DNA from: a virus | Lineage: Duplodnaviria > Caudoviricetes | Length of the DNA stretch: 64,000 nt | IMG/VR virus record: IMGVR_UViG_3300020577_011550 | Coordinates: 13,792-77,791 of that record | Reading direction: 5' to 3' (one strand) | Part shown: positions 9,024 to 19,278 of the stretch, in pieces | Numbering within the stretch: position 1 is the stretch's first letter | Layout: each line of letters starts with the position of its first letter | The notes under the pieces: model-generated | Told to the model about the DNA's origin: nothing | Databases searched by the model: none | Seen by the model: only the letters and a program-made list of their open reading frames with translations | Translations under genes and position numbers: made by a program

Positions 9024-9580
9024 ACACGGTCGATTGGGAACATCCGATTGGTTTCGAACGTGTCGTCAAAGGCGAGACCCGGCGTGAAAACCGCTTCCTC
9101 GTCACCTGCGGGGAGTGTGGCGAGTCCCGTTTGCTCAAGCGCATTGATGCGAAGAAGGTCGAGCAAACAGACGCGCCGTGCTACCCGTGCACGCAGCGCG
9201 AGAAGGGCAAGCTGGGCTACCGCGCGACCATCGAGCGGCATGGCGAAAACTTCTTCCTCGATCTCATCCGCGAACGTGAGCTGAACAATCCGCCGGTGCT
9301 CACCCGCGCGCTGATGGACATCCTCGATAACGTGCTTCACATCCGCTACGAACGTGAAATCCAATGTGGCCGCTACCTGATCGATTTCGTTATCGGCGAC
9401 CGGTTCGCCATCGAGGTCAACGGTGGTGTGCATGTGCTGCATGCCGAGCGCGACGCGCGCAAGGCGCAGTTCCTTCGCGAGCAGGGCTATGAACTGCTCG
9501 TCCTCGAACAAGCCGACATCCCCGACGCTGCTGATCGGGTGTGTGAATTTTTAGGAGTATACGAACTTGCAACGGTCTGA
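9020..9580 (+). CDS. DUF559/Vsr-like endonuclease with N-terminal CxxC pairs
   Basis: YEREIQCGRYLIDFVIGDRFAIEVNGGVH...RDARKAQFLREQGYELL. Confidence 0.8.
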   Translation: MNTVDWEHPIGFERVVKGETRRENRFLVTCGECGESRLLKRIDAKKVEQTDAPCYPCTQREKGKLGYRATIERHGENFFLDLIRERELNNPPVLTRALMDILDNVLHIRYEREIQCGRYLIDFVIGDRFAIEVNGGVHVLHAERDARKAQFLREQGYELLVLEQADIPDAADRVCEFLGVYELATV

Positions 9581-12500
9581 GATTGTGAAGGCGCTTGAGC
9601 CCTTCGTGCCATCCGATGAGCAGATGGCGATTTTTGAGGCGGCTGTCAATACGAAAGACAACATCGGCATTGACGCCAAGGCGGGGACAGGTAAGACGAC
9701 CTCGATTGTCCAGTTGGCGAAGCTGCTGCCCGGCGGAAAGTCCATGAAGAAGCGCTTCTGTGCGTTCAACAAGCCGATTGCCGATGAACTGGCGGATCGG
9801 CTGAAGGACACGGGCACCGATGCGAAGACGTTCCACAGCATGGGCGTGGGCGCGCTGATCCGCTATTTCGGCGGCAAGCAGATGAATCTGGACGACCGCA
9901 AGTATAAGAAGCTCGTCCAGGCGTGGTTGGCACTGCCCGACGAGCCGGAATGGGCGAAAGAGGTGGAGCAGCCCCGCGAACTGGCGCTGAAGGTGCGGGA
10001 ACTGGTGGTTCAGACGGTGAGCAAGCTGCCTCCGGATGATCGGAAGGAAATCGCCGCCGAGATGAACAAGCAGTTTATCGAGTTGATGACGAGCGTCTTG
10101 AACTTCCTGCGCCTGAAGCTGATCGGCTGGACGGATACCGCTGCGCTGCGCGATCTGATCGACCACTACAGCTTTCAGGACACCCTCCCCGATGAATTCG
10201 TCGACGTCGCGGTCGAGATCGTTCCCTATCTGATGGGGCTTGCCGAGCAGCTCGTGAAGAAGGCATTCGAAGTCGATTTCACCGACCAGATTTATTGGGC
10301 GGTATACTGGCAGATCCCGACTACGCAGTATGACTACCTGCTGGCAGACGAATGCCTGCCCTACTTGACCCCCGTGCAATTGGCTGACGGATCAGCGCTC
10401 CCGATTGGCGAGATCGTCGAGAAACGGCTGTCCGTGAAGGTGCTGGCCTACGACACGGCGACGGGTGAGCAGCGCGCGTGTGAAGTCACCGGTTGGAGCA
10501 GAACGCTCAATCAGAAACCGCTGGTCAAGATTAAGGCGCGCTGGACAAAAAGCCACAAAGATGTTGTGGCTGACGGCTATAAGCAGCGTCCCACTAATTT
10601 CGTCGTCTGCACCGTCGATCACAAGATCTGGGCAAATGGGACATGGATGTATGCGGGCGATGTTCGTCCCCGCATGGTTGTACAGGTCGAGACGGGCGCG
10701 ATCAAGTCGCAGGCATACAAGATCACCACCAGCGGGCGCGAAACCCTTTCCAGCGAAATGACCGCTAAAAACCGGGAGGGGATTGTCGCGAATCATCGCG
10801 GTGGGTCGATCACGGTCCGGGGCGGGAACGGGCGTGGGCTGACACTGGCGCAGAGCGTGCTGCTTGAAGCGCTTGGCGAAGGCTGGACAGCCGAATACGC
10901 AGTAAAAACGGGATTGCGTCAGGACAGCGGTTATCCCACGAGCTACAAAGTGGACATCGCTAATCCGGAACGCATGATCGCCGTTGAGGTCGATGGTGAA
11001 ACCCATCGTAACCCGGTTCAAAAGCAGCGTGATCAGAAGAAACAGGCGCTGCTTGAAACGCTTGGCTGGACGGTGCTGCGCTTTTCGAACCGCCAGTGCA
11101 TCCAGACCACACAGCAGTGCGTGCAGGCGATCAACGACGATTGCCCGCTCGATGCGATTGTCGCGTCGGTTGAACCGATGAGCCTGCCTGACAACTTCGT
11201 CTATGACATCACTGTCGCCGACTGCCATAACTTCTATGCCAATGGCATCCTCGTCCACAACTGTCAGGACATCAACCCCATGCAGCGCACGCTGCTGGCG
11301 CGTTCCATCAAGCCGAACGGCGGGCGCATCATCTTCGTGGGCGACCCGGATCAGTCAATCATGAATTTTGCAGGGGCCGACTCGGACAGCTTCGAACTCT
11401 CCGTGAAAACTTTCAACGCGAAGGTGCTGCCGCTCACCCTCACCCGCCGCTGCGATCAAGTGATCACGCACCATGCTGCCCAGCTCGTCCCTGAATTCCG
11501 CTGCCCGCCGGAGAAGCCGCGCGGCAAATTTGTGTGGCTGGACGAGTCGCGCATGGCAGGCATTGTGCAGCCCGGTGACATGGTCGTTTGTCGCATGAAA
11601 GCGCCACTGGTGACCGGGTGCTTGAACGTGATCGCGGAAGGCAAACCCGCCACTATTCTAGGCAGTGACATCGAAAAAGGCTTGATCGCGCTGCTCGAAA
11701 AGCGCAGCGACTACAAAGACGACTTCGACAATCTGGATGACGCGCTGGATGGCTACGAAGCCGAACAGGTGGAGCACTTCACAGCGCGCGATGAGCTTCA
11801 GGCCGCGGATGCCGTTGCCGATCAGTGTGCGGCGCTGCGCACCATCATCCACCGCGCGAAAGCCGACGACATGGACGCCTTGAAGCGCTATATCGAAACC
11901 CTGTTCTCCAGCGGCAAGAAAGAGGACATGGTCGTCTTCGTGACCGCGCATAAGTCGAAGGGCTTGGAGGCGGATCGCGTGTTCATCCTCGCACCGGATC
12001 GGATGCCCCTGTCCTATCCGAACATGCTGCCTGAATCGGCAGTACAGGAAATGAACCTGCTGTACGTCGCACTCACCCGCGCCAAACACACGCTGGTGAT
12101 CCTCACCAACGAGAAGTATCGCAAGAACAATGTCATGCCCGCCTACGGGCAGACAGACTTTGACGAGCACCAATGGGCAGCCGACGAGTTCGAGCCAAAG
12201 CCTCCGCAGGAATACGACTACGTCTACAACAGTCGGCATGATGATTTCGACCGCGTGCCCGTTAATTCGCCCGTGGGCGAAACGACGATTGATGAGATCG
12301 TGCAGATGATCAAGGACTCGGGCGTTGAGGGTTGGGATCTCGAACTGTCATCCGGCTTCGAAGACAACGGCCCCAGCCAATGGGTGCTGGCCTACGATGA
12401 CCCCGAGCTGGTTGACGACATCATTTTGGGCAGCAACCTGACGATGGTCAAGCAGCGGCTGGAAGTGGAATTGAAGCGACTCGCCAACGCCAATCAAGCG

Positions 12501-12665
12501 CCGCCTGAACCCGTCGCGCCTGCCCCGGTCGTCATCACACCCATCATCCCGGAGAAGGTTGATAAGCTGCGCGCGGTCGTCGCGACGCTCACCGATGTCG
12601 AGCTGGAGGACATGATCCGCTATCTCTCCCAGTTCCGTGAAGAGCGCCGGAAGGCCAGCCCGTGA
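9567..12665 (+). CDS. UvrD/Rep-like superfamily 1 helicase containing an intein
   Basis: AKAGTGKTT (motif I), DE|CQD (motif II, split by the intein), [30 protein letters not shown]; TTG start after AGGAG. Confidence 0.9.
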   Translation: MQRSEIVKALEPFVPSDEQMAIFEAAVNTKDNIGIDAKAGTGKTTSIVQLAKLLPGGKSMKKRFCAFNKPIADELADRLKDTGTDAKTFHSMGVGALIRYFGGKQMNLDDRKYKKLVQAWLALPDEPEWAKEVEQPRELALKVRELVVQTVSKLPPDDRKEIAAEMNKQFIELMTSVLNFLRLKLIGWTDTAALRDLIDHYSFQDTLPDEFVDVAVEIVPYLMGLAEQLVKKAFEVDFTDQIYWAVYWQIPTTQYDYLLADECLPYLTPVQLADGSALPIGEIVEKRLSVKVLAYDTATGEQRACEVTGWSRTLNQKPLVKIKARWTKSHKDVVADGYKQRPTNFVVCTVDHKIWANGTWMYAGDVRPRMVVQVETGAIKSQAYKITTSGRETLSSEMTAKNREGIVANHRGGSITVRGGNGRGLTLAQSVLLEALGEGWTAEYAVKTGLRQDSGYPTSYKVDIANPERMIAVEVDGETHRNPVQKQRDQKKQALLETLGWTVLRFSNRQCIQTTQQCVQAINDDCPLDAIVASVEPMSLPDNFVYDITVADCHNFYANGILVHNCQDINPMQRTLLARSIKPNGGRIIFVGDPDQSIMNFAGADSDSFELSVKTFNAKVLPLTLTRRCDQVITHHAAQLVPEFRCPPEKPRGKFVWLDESRMAGIVQPGDMVVCRMKAPLVTGCLNVIAEGKPATILGSDIEKGLIALLEKRSDYKDDFDNLDDALDGYEAEQVEHFTARDELQAADAVADQCAALRTIIHRAKADDMDALKRYIETLFSSGKKEDMVVFVTAHKSKGLEADRVFILAPDRMPLSYPNMLPESAVQEMNLLYVALTRAKHTLVILTNEKYRKNNVMPAYGQTDFDEHQWAADEFEPKPPQEYDYVYNSRHDDFDRVPVNSPVGETTIDEIVQMIKDSGVEGWDLELSSGFEDNGPSQWVLAYDDPELVDDIILGSNLTMVKQRLEVELKRLANANQAPPEPVAPAPVVITPIIPEKVDKLRAVVATLTDVELEDMIRYLSQFREERRKASP
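10353..11261 (+). mobile_element. intein (303 aa) with a DUF559/Vsr-like endonuclease domain
   Basis: Starts [13 protein letters not shown] and ends [21 protein letters not shown] followed by Cys(+1); internal [19 protein letters not shown]...[19 protein letters not shown]. Confidence 0.9.
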
Positions 12666-13111
12666 GTTTCCATCAGGTCGAAATCTGGACAGACGGAGCC
12701 GTCAAGCCCAACCCAGGGTTTGGCGGCTACGCCGCTCTGCTGATCTACGGCGAACACGAACGCGAGCTCAGCGGTGGTGAACCCCATACGACCAATCAGC
12801 GCATGGAGCTGATGGCGGCGGTGGTCGCACTGGAAGCGCTGAAGCGGCCGTGCGAGGTGACGCTCTACACCGACTCGAAGTACCTGAAGCACGGCATCAC
12901 CGAGTGGGTGAAACGCTGGAAGCGGAACGGGTGGATCACCAGCACAAAGCAGCCGGTCGAGCACCGGGATTTGTGGGAACGCCTCGACGAGCAGGTGCAG
13001 CGGCACTTGCAAGTCACGTGGAAATGGACGAAGGGCCACGCCGGAACCGAGAAGAACGAGCGCGTGGACAAATTGGCCGTAGAAGCTCGCAAGCAGATGG
13101 AGGAAACGTGA
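12662..13111 (+). CDS. rnhA: ribonuclease HI
   Basis: [33 protein letters not shown]...NERVD with all catalytic residues present. Confidence 0.95.
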   Translation: MSFHQVEIWTDGAVKPNPGFGGYAALLIYGEHERELSGGEPHTTNQRMELMAAVVALEALKRPCEVTLYTDSKYLKHGITEWVKRWKRNGWITSTKQPVEHRDLWERLDEQVQRHLQVTWKWTKGHAGTEKNERVDKLAVEARKQMEET

Positions 13112-13428
13112 ATCGCGTTGTCCGCTATATCGATACGCAGCTCGACATTTTGCAGGGCCAGTGCGACGCCCTCAGCTCGCCATCCGGATTGCTTCCTAAC
13201 GCGCGCCAGCTGCTGGAGCGCCATGACCAGTTGAAAGCGCTGATTGCCCGCAAGTCCGATCTCGAAACCATGCGCACCCAGTACGTGGTGAACTGCAATG
13301 CCGCCGATATTTGCCGTAGTTTGATGCTCACTGGGCGCGGCGACGCCCAGTCCAAACGTGGCCTTGAACTCGCAGAAGCCACCCTCAGAAGCATCGAAGA
13401 GGAGTTGTTCAATCATGACCCCCGCTGA
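13108..13428 (+). CDS. hypothetical protein
   Basis: GTG after GGAGG; overlaps neighbours. Confidence 0.5.
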   Translation: MNRVVRYIDTQLDILQGQCDALSSPSGLLPNARQLLERHDQLKALIARKSDLETMRTQYVVNCNAADICRSLMLTGRGDAQSKRGLELAEATLRSIEEELFNHDPR

Positions 13429-13696
13429 GATTTTGAAGGCGATGGTGGAGGCGGCGCAGCGGATGCCGCCCACCATCCTCAAGGAACACTACAAGGTCAC
13501 GTTCGTGACGCAGATCAACAGCACCCGGAATGCGTACCGGCTGGAGAAGTTTTCGCCAGACGAGGACGCGGCCGTCATCGCGTACAAATTCACCTTGCCG
13601 CCGTACAACGACGAACTGATCCTGTGGAGCCCGGATCTGGATTTCAGCGAGGCAGAAGCCATGGCGATTGCAGCAGCGGTGGTCACACGACTATGA
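13415..13696 (+). CDS. hypothetical protein
   Basis: ATG at 13415 after GAGGAG. Confidence 0.5.
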   Translation: MTPAEILKAMVEAAQRMPPTILKEHYKVTFVTQINSTRNAYRLEKFSPDEDAAVIAYKFTLPPYNDELILWSPDLDFSEAEAMAIAAAVVTRL

Positions 13697-14157
13697 CCTG
13701 CGTGATTCCGAATTGCACACGCCAGCGTAAAGTCAGCCGCACGGGCAAAGAACTGACGATGTGCGATGAGCACAACCGGGAATACTGGCGTCGGCAGAAG
13801 AACAAGGACTGGGACGGTTGGCCGGGTCAGAAGCCCGGCAAGCGTGGCGGGGCGCGAACCAAGCGGACTCCACCGCCAGCCCTGCCCGAACCGCCCCGGA
13901 ATATTCGCGTGCTGGCGCTGCGCTGCGACGTCTGCCGAATCAAGAAGGCGATCAGCGAATTCGCGCCGGGTGCGCGGACGTGCAGCACCTGCGCCAGCGT
14001 GGGACAGGTCATCAGCATCATCGACCCGGTCAAGAACACGGTGCGGCATGCGCGCGTGATCGGCATGGACGAACAGCCGCGCAAGATTGAGACCTACTAC
14101 GGACTGTTCGTCCAGCAGGAAAAAGAGAGCGGCGCGCTGGTGGTGGTGGAGGGGTAA
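13693..14157 (+). CDS. zinc-finger hypothetical protein
   Basis: CxxxxC...CxxH, CDVC and CSTC motifs. Confidence 0.55.
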   Translation: MTCVIPNCTRQRKVSRTGKELTMCDEHNREYWRRQKNKDWDGWPGQKPGKRGGARTKRTPPPALPEPPRNIRVLALRCDVCRIKKAISEFAPGARTCSTCASVGQVISIIDPVKNTVRHARVIGMDEQPRKIETYYGLFVQQEKESGALVVVEG

Positions 14158-14489
14158 TGTCAGCAAAATCTTTCTTCCGCGGCGTCTACCCAACGAGTCC
14201 CGGCTGGTGCGTCTACATGACCATCAAGGGCAAACGCGCCTATGGTGGGCTGTACTACTCAGACGTCATTGCCGCGGTGTTTGCCAACGACCTGTTCAAG
14301 CAGCGCCCCGGCGTCCCGCTCAACGACATCCCGCCGCACATTGAACAAGTGGCCCGGCAGCTTCCGTCACGTCGGCGGAAGCACGCGACCAAAGTGGAAA
14401 AGCGGATGCTTCAAGCTCATGCAGCGCAGGTCGATCGGTTGTATCTGGAATGGTTGCTCGTGCAGCAGGCGGAACAATATGGCCGATAA
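14157..14489 (+). CDS. AP2-domain-like DNA-binding protein
   Basis: FRGVY...WCVYMTIKGKRAYGGLY.S...AA...N resembles the AP2 consensus. Confidence 0.55.
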   Translation: MSAKSFFRGVYPTSPGWCVYMTIKGKRAYGGLYYSDVIAAVFANDLFKQRPGVPLNDIPPHIEQVARQLPSRRRKHATKVEKRMLQAHAAQVDRLYLEWLLVQQAEQYGR

Positions 14490-15084
14490 CAAGATTCCGA
14501 TTGAATGGGGTAAGCAGAATTTGTTTTCGAACCCCACAGGTTATCAGCTCAACATCCATACTGGCGTGACCGTTGGCCTGCAAAACACGTTGACGCTCCT
14601 CCAAATGCCGCTCGCCGAGGAGCACCTTGACCCGGCCTATGTGTTCCTCAAACGCCTGCCGCTCGTACGCGATCCCTTTGACCGGACGAAGCGGGTCGCC
14701 ATCATCACCGACGGGCTGTATATCACGAAAGATCTCGAAGGGTTACAGCTCGAAATCGCGAAGATGGATCGGCCGCAGAATGATCCCATTCCGGAGATGA
14801 TGGTCTATTCGCGGGATACGGTGGCGGGCGTGCTCGACGTCGTCATCGTCTGGGGCATGGTCTTAAGCGGCAAGGCTCCCAACGGCGATTTGGTGGGCGA
14901 CTGGTACTTCATCATCTGTCGGTTGGACGAGCTGATTCGTGTACTAGAGGACATCTTTCTGATCGACCGCTGGTTTAGCAACGTTGAAGAAGCGACTCAG
15001 CCCCTGCCGAAAAAGAAAGCGACCGTGGATGAGAAGCGGGCGGCCATCGAACGGGTGTTGGCAGAAGCCGGGTTGCCCCGATGA
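14479..15084 (+). CDS. hypothetical protein
   Basis: ATG at 14479; operon packing. Confidence 0.55.
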   Translation: MADNKIPIEWGKQNLFSNPTGYQLNIHTGVTVGLQNTLTLLQMPLAEEHLDPAYVFLKRLPLVRDPFDRTKRVAIITDGLYITKDLEGLQLEIAKMDRPQNDPIPEMMVYSRDTVAGVLDVVIVWGMVLSGKAPNGDLVGDWYFIICRLDELIRVLEDIFLIDRWFSNVEEATQPLPKKKATVDEKRAAIERVLAEAGLPR

Positions 15085-15572
15085 ACGATCGACCAACCAT
15101 TCTCATCTGTGGCAGTCGCGAGGCTTCGCCCGTGCTGCTCGACTATGCGCGCCGCGCCACACTCCGCGCGCTTGAAAATGGCTGGTGGCTCATCGCCGGG
15201 GATGCCCTTGGTGTGGATCAGGTGGTCGCCGAAACGGTGCGCAACCACTTCCAGCACGAAGACGAGCTGATGTATGGGATGCGCGTCTACGGGCTTGGCG
15301 ATATGCCGCGGCATGGCATTGGCTCAAATACGGGGCGTGTTCATTTCCAGAAACTGACTGGCTACACCAAACAAACCATGACCCGTGGCCGCTGTGATTT
15401 GCATGTCTACAACGAGTACACGGCGATCAGCAGCTACACCGACCGCGACCGCTACATGGTGCGCGAGGCGGATAAGGTGCTGTGCATCTGGAACGGCAGC
15501 AGCCGGGGCACGCTGGCAGTCTACGAGTACGCCGAAGAACTGGGAAAGGAGGCTTGGCTTAAATATGAATAG
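15081..15572 (+). CDS. SLOG superfamily (YspA-like) protein
   Basis: ILICGSR, IAGDALGVD, RDRYMV...AD...WNGSSRGT. Confidence 0.8.
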   Translation: MNDRPTILICGSREASPVLLDYARRATLRALENGWWLIAGDALGVDQVVAETVRNHFQHEDELMYGMRVYGLGDMPRHGIGSNTGRVHFQKLTGYTKQTMTRGRCDLHVYNEYTAISSYTDRDRYMVREADKVLCIWNGSSRGTLAVYEYAEELGKEAWLKYE

Positions 15573-16857
15573 TGCCCTTTTCTCCTCCGCCGCCGCGCTA
15601 TGGGCCACGCCACAAGACCTGTTCGATAAGCTGCACCGCGAATTCCACTTTGAGGTGGACGTGTGTGCAATCGCTGAGAATGCCAAGTGCCCGGTCTACT
15701 TCACGCCGGAAATGGACGGCTTGAAGCAGGAGTGGCTAAGTACCCTCATAGTCAATAAAACAGGATCTATCTGCCAATGTCAGAAGCACTCATTCAATGC
15801 TCCAAGTGCAAAGAATATAAACCTGCTACAAGGGAGTTCTTCTACCCAGACCAACGTAAGAAAAGCGGATTTGCCACTCAATGCAAAGCTTGCAAAAGAA
15901 AAGGGAAACGTTCGGACAAAGCGATTGAAACAGGTAAATTGGAATGCACCCGTTGTAAGGTCACTAAACCCCTTACACTTGAGTATTTTGCTCGCAACCC
16001 TGATAACCGAACAGGATATTCCTCTTGGTGCCGAGAATGCAGTCGTGAACATGCTCGGCTTAAACAGGCGCGCCGACGCGCTGATCCTGTGGAGCGAGCT
16101 TCTGTCATTGCGGCCAAAGAGAAATATGCTAAATCAGAAAAGGGGCGACAGCGCAGTCGGCGCAACACTAACATCCAAAACCATAAGAGACGTCAGCGAA
16201 ATATTGAAACGCAATGGGATTGGACAGCAACCGACTGGAAAACCTGTAAAGCCGCTTGGGATCACTGCTGTGCATATTGCGGGGAACGCGGAAAACTTAC
16301 GCAAGATCACTTTATCCCCTTATCTTCTCCCGACTGCCCCGGAACAATCCGTCAGAATATGGTTCCGGCGTGTGCCAAGTGCAATTCTTCAAAACAAAAT
16401 CGGTCGCCATTTGAATGGTGCACGAACCAAGATGTACTACGAAGGATACAGAGTTACTTCGCATCATTGCCCACAGTGCGGTGAATGCATCGAAATTACG
16501 TATCCATCTATAGCATGGATGAATCCCCCGTACGGTTCGCCGGAGCACGTGTGCAAGCCCAACTGCAAAAAGAAGCGCTGCGCGAAGCGCGGCTACCACA
16601 ACACCGTATACAAGCCGGGCATCATCGACTTCATGCACAAGGCGTACACCAGCGCGAAAGCGGGCGCAACCGTCGTGTGCCTGGTTCCGGCCCGCACCGA
16701 CACCAAATGGTGGTGGAGCTACGCGATTCACGGCGAAGTCCGGTTTTTGAAAGGACGCCTCAAATTTGGGGACGGGAAGAAGAATGCGCCCTTTCCGTCA
16801 GCGATCATCATTTTTCATCCGGGTCTTGCCAATCAGGGAGTAAAATGGGGGCTATGA
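15565..16857 (+). CDS. phage Dam-type DNA N6-adenine methyltransferase with a ~258-codon in-frame insertion
   Basis: WATPQDLF, DVCA, DGLKQEW before the insertion; WMNPPYG, LVPARTDT, LKGRLKF, APFPS after it; no stop codon in this frame. Confidence 0.8.
   Translation: MNSALFSSAAALWATPQDLFDKLHREFHFEVDVCAIAENAKCPVYFTPEMDGLKQEWLSTLIVNKTGSICQCQKHSFNAPSAKNINLLQGSSSTQTNVRKADLPLNAKLAKEKGNVRTKRLKQVNWNAPVVRSLNPLHLSILLATLITEQDIPLGAENAVVNMLGLNRRADALILWSELLSLRPKRNMLNQKRGDSAVGATLTSKTIRDVSEILKRNGIGQQPTGKPVKPLGITAVHIAGNAENLRKITLSPYLLPTAPEQSVRIWFRRVPSAILQNKIGRHLNGARTKMYYEGYRVTSHHCPQCGECIEITYPSIAWMNPPYGSPEHVCKPNCKKKRCAKRGYHNTVYKPGIIDFMHKAYTSAKAGATVVCLVPARTDTKWWWSYAIHGEVRFLKGRLKFGDGKKNAPFPSAIIIFHPGLANQGVKWGL
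15777..16484 (+). CDS. HNH endonuclease nested in another frame inside the MTase gene
   Basis: Two CxxC..KP..F..CxxC zinc modules, then CAYCG...LTQDHFIPLS...NMVPACAKCNSSK; lower GC than the flanks. Confidence 0.9.
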   Translation: MSEALIQCSKCKEYKPATREFFYPDQRKKSGFATQCKACKRKGKRSDKAIETGKLECTRCKVTKPLTLEYFARNPDNRTGYSSWCRECSREHARLKQARRRADPVERASVIAAKEKYAKSEKGRQRSRRNTNIQNHKRRQRNIETQWDWTATDWKTCKAAWDHCCAYCGERGKLTQDHFIPLSSPDCPGTIRQNMVPACAKCNSSKQNRSPFEWCTNQDVLRRIQSYFASLPTVR

Positions 16858-17270
16858 GACAGTGGACGCCCGTCGTGAATCTGGTGGTCGGCACTGATCG
16901 TCCAACGCTCGAGCAAATCGAGCGCGTGCAATTTGTGGTTGCTCAATCATGGTGGAAGCATCAGCAGGTGGTCACGACCGACGACCACGGCATCAACGCC
17001 GAAGTTGCCCGGCAGTGCCTGCTCCAGTGCGTAGAGTGCACGATTATTGGCACAGGCCAGCGCCCGGCGAATGGCGCCGACGGGCAGTATGTGCGCGTGC
17101 TGGTCGAGAAGGGGATCGCCCGTATGGAACGCCGAGCCCGCCGCGATGCCTTCGCGCTCGGCATGGCTGATCGGGTGATTACTTTAGGTGTGCAGGTCAA
17201 GACGGAGAAGTGGACACTGGACTTGCAGGAGCTCACGCCCCTGCAAGTTTTCGGGGAATACAGACGTTGA
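16854..17270 (+). CDS. hypothetical protein, possibly a degenerate SLOG
   Basis: DDHGINAEVA and RRARRDAFALGMADRVI weakly echo SLOG motifs. Confidence 0.5.
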   Translation: MRQWTPVVNLVVGTDRPTLEQIERVQFVVAQSWWKHQQVVTTDDHGINAEVARQCLLQCVECTIIGTGQRPANGADGQYVRVLVEKGIARMERRARRDAFALGMADRVITLGVQVKTEKWTLDLQELTPLQVFGEYRR

Positions 17271-17298
17271 AGAAGCCGGGCATTACGCCCGGCTTTTT
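17271..17298. terminator. intrinsic terminator between convergent operons
   Basis: AAGCCGGG-cattacg-CCCGGCTTTTT. Confidence 0.8.
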
Positions 17299-18076
17299 AG
17301 TTATGCTGAGGAAGTGTCGGTTTTGGAGTCTCACGCCGAAATTCAAAATCCCAATCGGCATTCCCTACCCACGGATAGGTACAATCTGGCATCGCCTTAA
17401 TCTCAAGCACTTCTTCTGGAGTCAAAGAGAACCACTCGGTATCGCCATGTCGCTTATCTGCATATCGTACATGCAGCTCGTGCTCTAAGCAGGCGATTTG
17501 GTTGCTCTGAATCTGGTGTAGAAGCTCAATGCTGAACGGCAACCCTGAAGTAATTTCGCGTCCACGTCGCTGTGGGTTGTTCGAAAAGCCGATCTTGTAG
17601 TGCCCTGTCGAAAGCTGAAACAGATACACATAGCCAGTATGAGGATCGGGATATTTCCAATACAGGTCTTTAAAGCGGAGATATTCTTCATACCGTCTCA
17701 AAAGAGTGTCGGCCTCTTCAAGACGATCATGAAGCATTAGCACTTCATCGGTCGGCTGTAAAACGCACTGCTCGTAAAAGTAGCTACACCACAGTTCAAG
17801 CTGGCTGCGTCCTTCGTCAGAGCGAACGAACCAACGAATAAATTGAACAAACTCAGTGTCCAGATACTTATGGTTCCGATAATGTTCAATTCCCGTATCT
17901 AAACGCTTGTGCATCCAATACAGGTTAGCAGCAGCAAGCAGAGCTTTATGGTTAAGTTGAACATGGAGAAGAGTCTCAGCGAGCGCGTTTACATCCGCGC
18001 CATATACATCGGAAACAAGTTCAATCGAGGTTTCACCGATTAGGAATTTGAATCCACTGATTTTGATGTTATACAT
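17297..18076 (-). CDS. GIY-YIG-like T5orf172-domain protein
   Basis: GYVYLF...YKIGFSNNPQRR...LEHELH..Y...EWF; AT-rich. Confidence 0.85.
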   Translation of the reverse strand: MYNIKISGFKFLIGETSIELVSDVYGADVNALAETLLHVQLNHKALLAAANLYWMHKRLDTGIEHYRNHKYLDTEFVQFIRWFVRSDEGRSQLELWCSYFYEQCVLQPTDEVLMLHDRLEEADTLLRRYEEYLRFKDLYWKYPDPHTGYVYLFQLSTGHYKIGFSNNPQRRGREITSGLPFSIELLHQIQSNQIACLEHELHVRYADKRHGDTEWFSLTPEEVLEIKAMPDCTYPWVGNADWDFEFRRETPKPTLPQHN

Positions 18077-18183
18077 CGCGCACCTCCGCGATTTGTCACC
18101 TATGAAGAGATGGCAGTCAGGACGGTAGGTGTTCCGTCTTTTCGGTGATCAGCCTAGACTGCCAATAGAATTATACCATGTGA

Positions 18184-19278
18184 TCAACTGTTCAGGGCAT
18201 TCCGCTTTTCTTCGATCCACGCTGCGAGTTCGTCCAGTTCTTTCGCCAGCGCTTCACGCCTTTCCGGACGCTTCCAATCACGGTCAAACTGCTTCTGAAA
18301 ATCGGTGCGTTTCTGAATCACAGGCAGCGGTTTTGCGGTCGTTTTAGGCGAAGATTTCGAACTTTTTTTCGCGTTGTTTAACGCGTTCAACAACGCGCGA
18401 ATTTGACGAATTCCCCAATCTTCTTCATCAGCGATTTGCCACTGTTCTTGGGGTAGTGCCAGCACCTGCCGATACACGCTCAACGATGCCCGGTTGGTCA
18501 CGCCGCACCCATTAAGCAGCTTCTGCATCGACCCATCCGGCGCGTCAAGATCGACGACCTGTGCATAGTAATCGCGATCATTGGCAAAGTAGTTGTAAGC
18601 CGTGAAGCGCTTACGACCGGCGAGCAATTCCATCATGAGAAGCGCGTACTGACGGGCGCGCGCAACCATGTTCAGGTCTTCGCGATTGACGTTGCTCGTC
18701 GCCTGATCGAAGCGGTCAAACTGCTCGTCGATCTTGATGGGAATGTATAACCACCGCTCATCCCGCGTGAGGTAGTACAGCAGGTGGAAGCCCAGCCAGC
18801 GGCGTTCACCATCGCCAATGAGATAGGTTTGCTCATCGCGCGGAGTGACGATGATCGGGTATTCCAATCCATCGTTCGCTATGGAAGCGGCAAGCTTCAC
18901 CGCTCTAAGGAGAGCGCGCTCAATCGGCTTGATCCCCTCGTCAGGCAGCTCGGCAAGCTGACGGTTGATGATGCGGAGATAAGTCTCTTTCAACGCATCA
19001 ACGGGCTGACCGCTTTCAACGCTGGCCTCAGCAAACCACCCATCGAACAAAGAAATGGTTGATTGCGGGTTGCCATCCCAATGGATACGAGCGGCGTAGG
19101 GAATAGCCCGCCGCGGCTGTGTGACGTCGGGATAAACAATGACGATGTTCGCCGTCAAATCAGCGGGCGCAATCGGAGCTGCTGGCGGATCGGGTGGCGG
19201 TGGATCAGTTTTGGCTTTGGGCGGCGCGCCTCGCCGCCCAAAGATTTCGTCCGCTCCAGGCGGTCCCTGCTGTGTCAC
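18184..19278 (-). CDS. parB: ParB-like partition protein
   Basis: GLEYPIIV...YLIGDGERRW; directly downstream of parA. Confidence 0.75.
   Translation of the reverse strand: MTQQGPPGADEIFGRRGAPPKAKTDPPPPDPPAAPIAPADLTANIVIVYPDVTQPRRAIPYAARIHWDGNPQSTISLFDGWFAEASVESGQPVDALKETYLRIINRQLAELPDEGIKPIERALLRAVKLAASIANDGLEYPIIVTPRDEQTYLIGDGERRWLGFHLLYYLTRDERWLYIPIKIDEQFDRFDQATSNVNREDLNMVARARQYALLMMELLAGRKRFTAYNYFANDRDYYAQVVDLDAPDGSMQKLLNGCGVTNRASLSVYRQVLALPQEQWQIADEEDWGIRQIRALLNALNNAKKSSKSSPKTTAKPLPVIQKRTDFQKQFDRDWKRPERREALAKELDELAAWIEEKRNALNS

Noticed and set aside
15736-16509. Group I intron or intein explaining the MTase insertion
   Set aside because: No C/S...HN intein termini; non-coding flanks are too short and I could not find an IGS or P7 core. 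U|...G junctions exist but are weak evidence, so this is kept only as an alternative.
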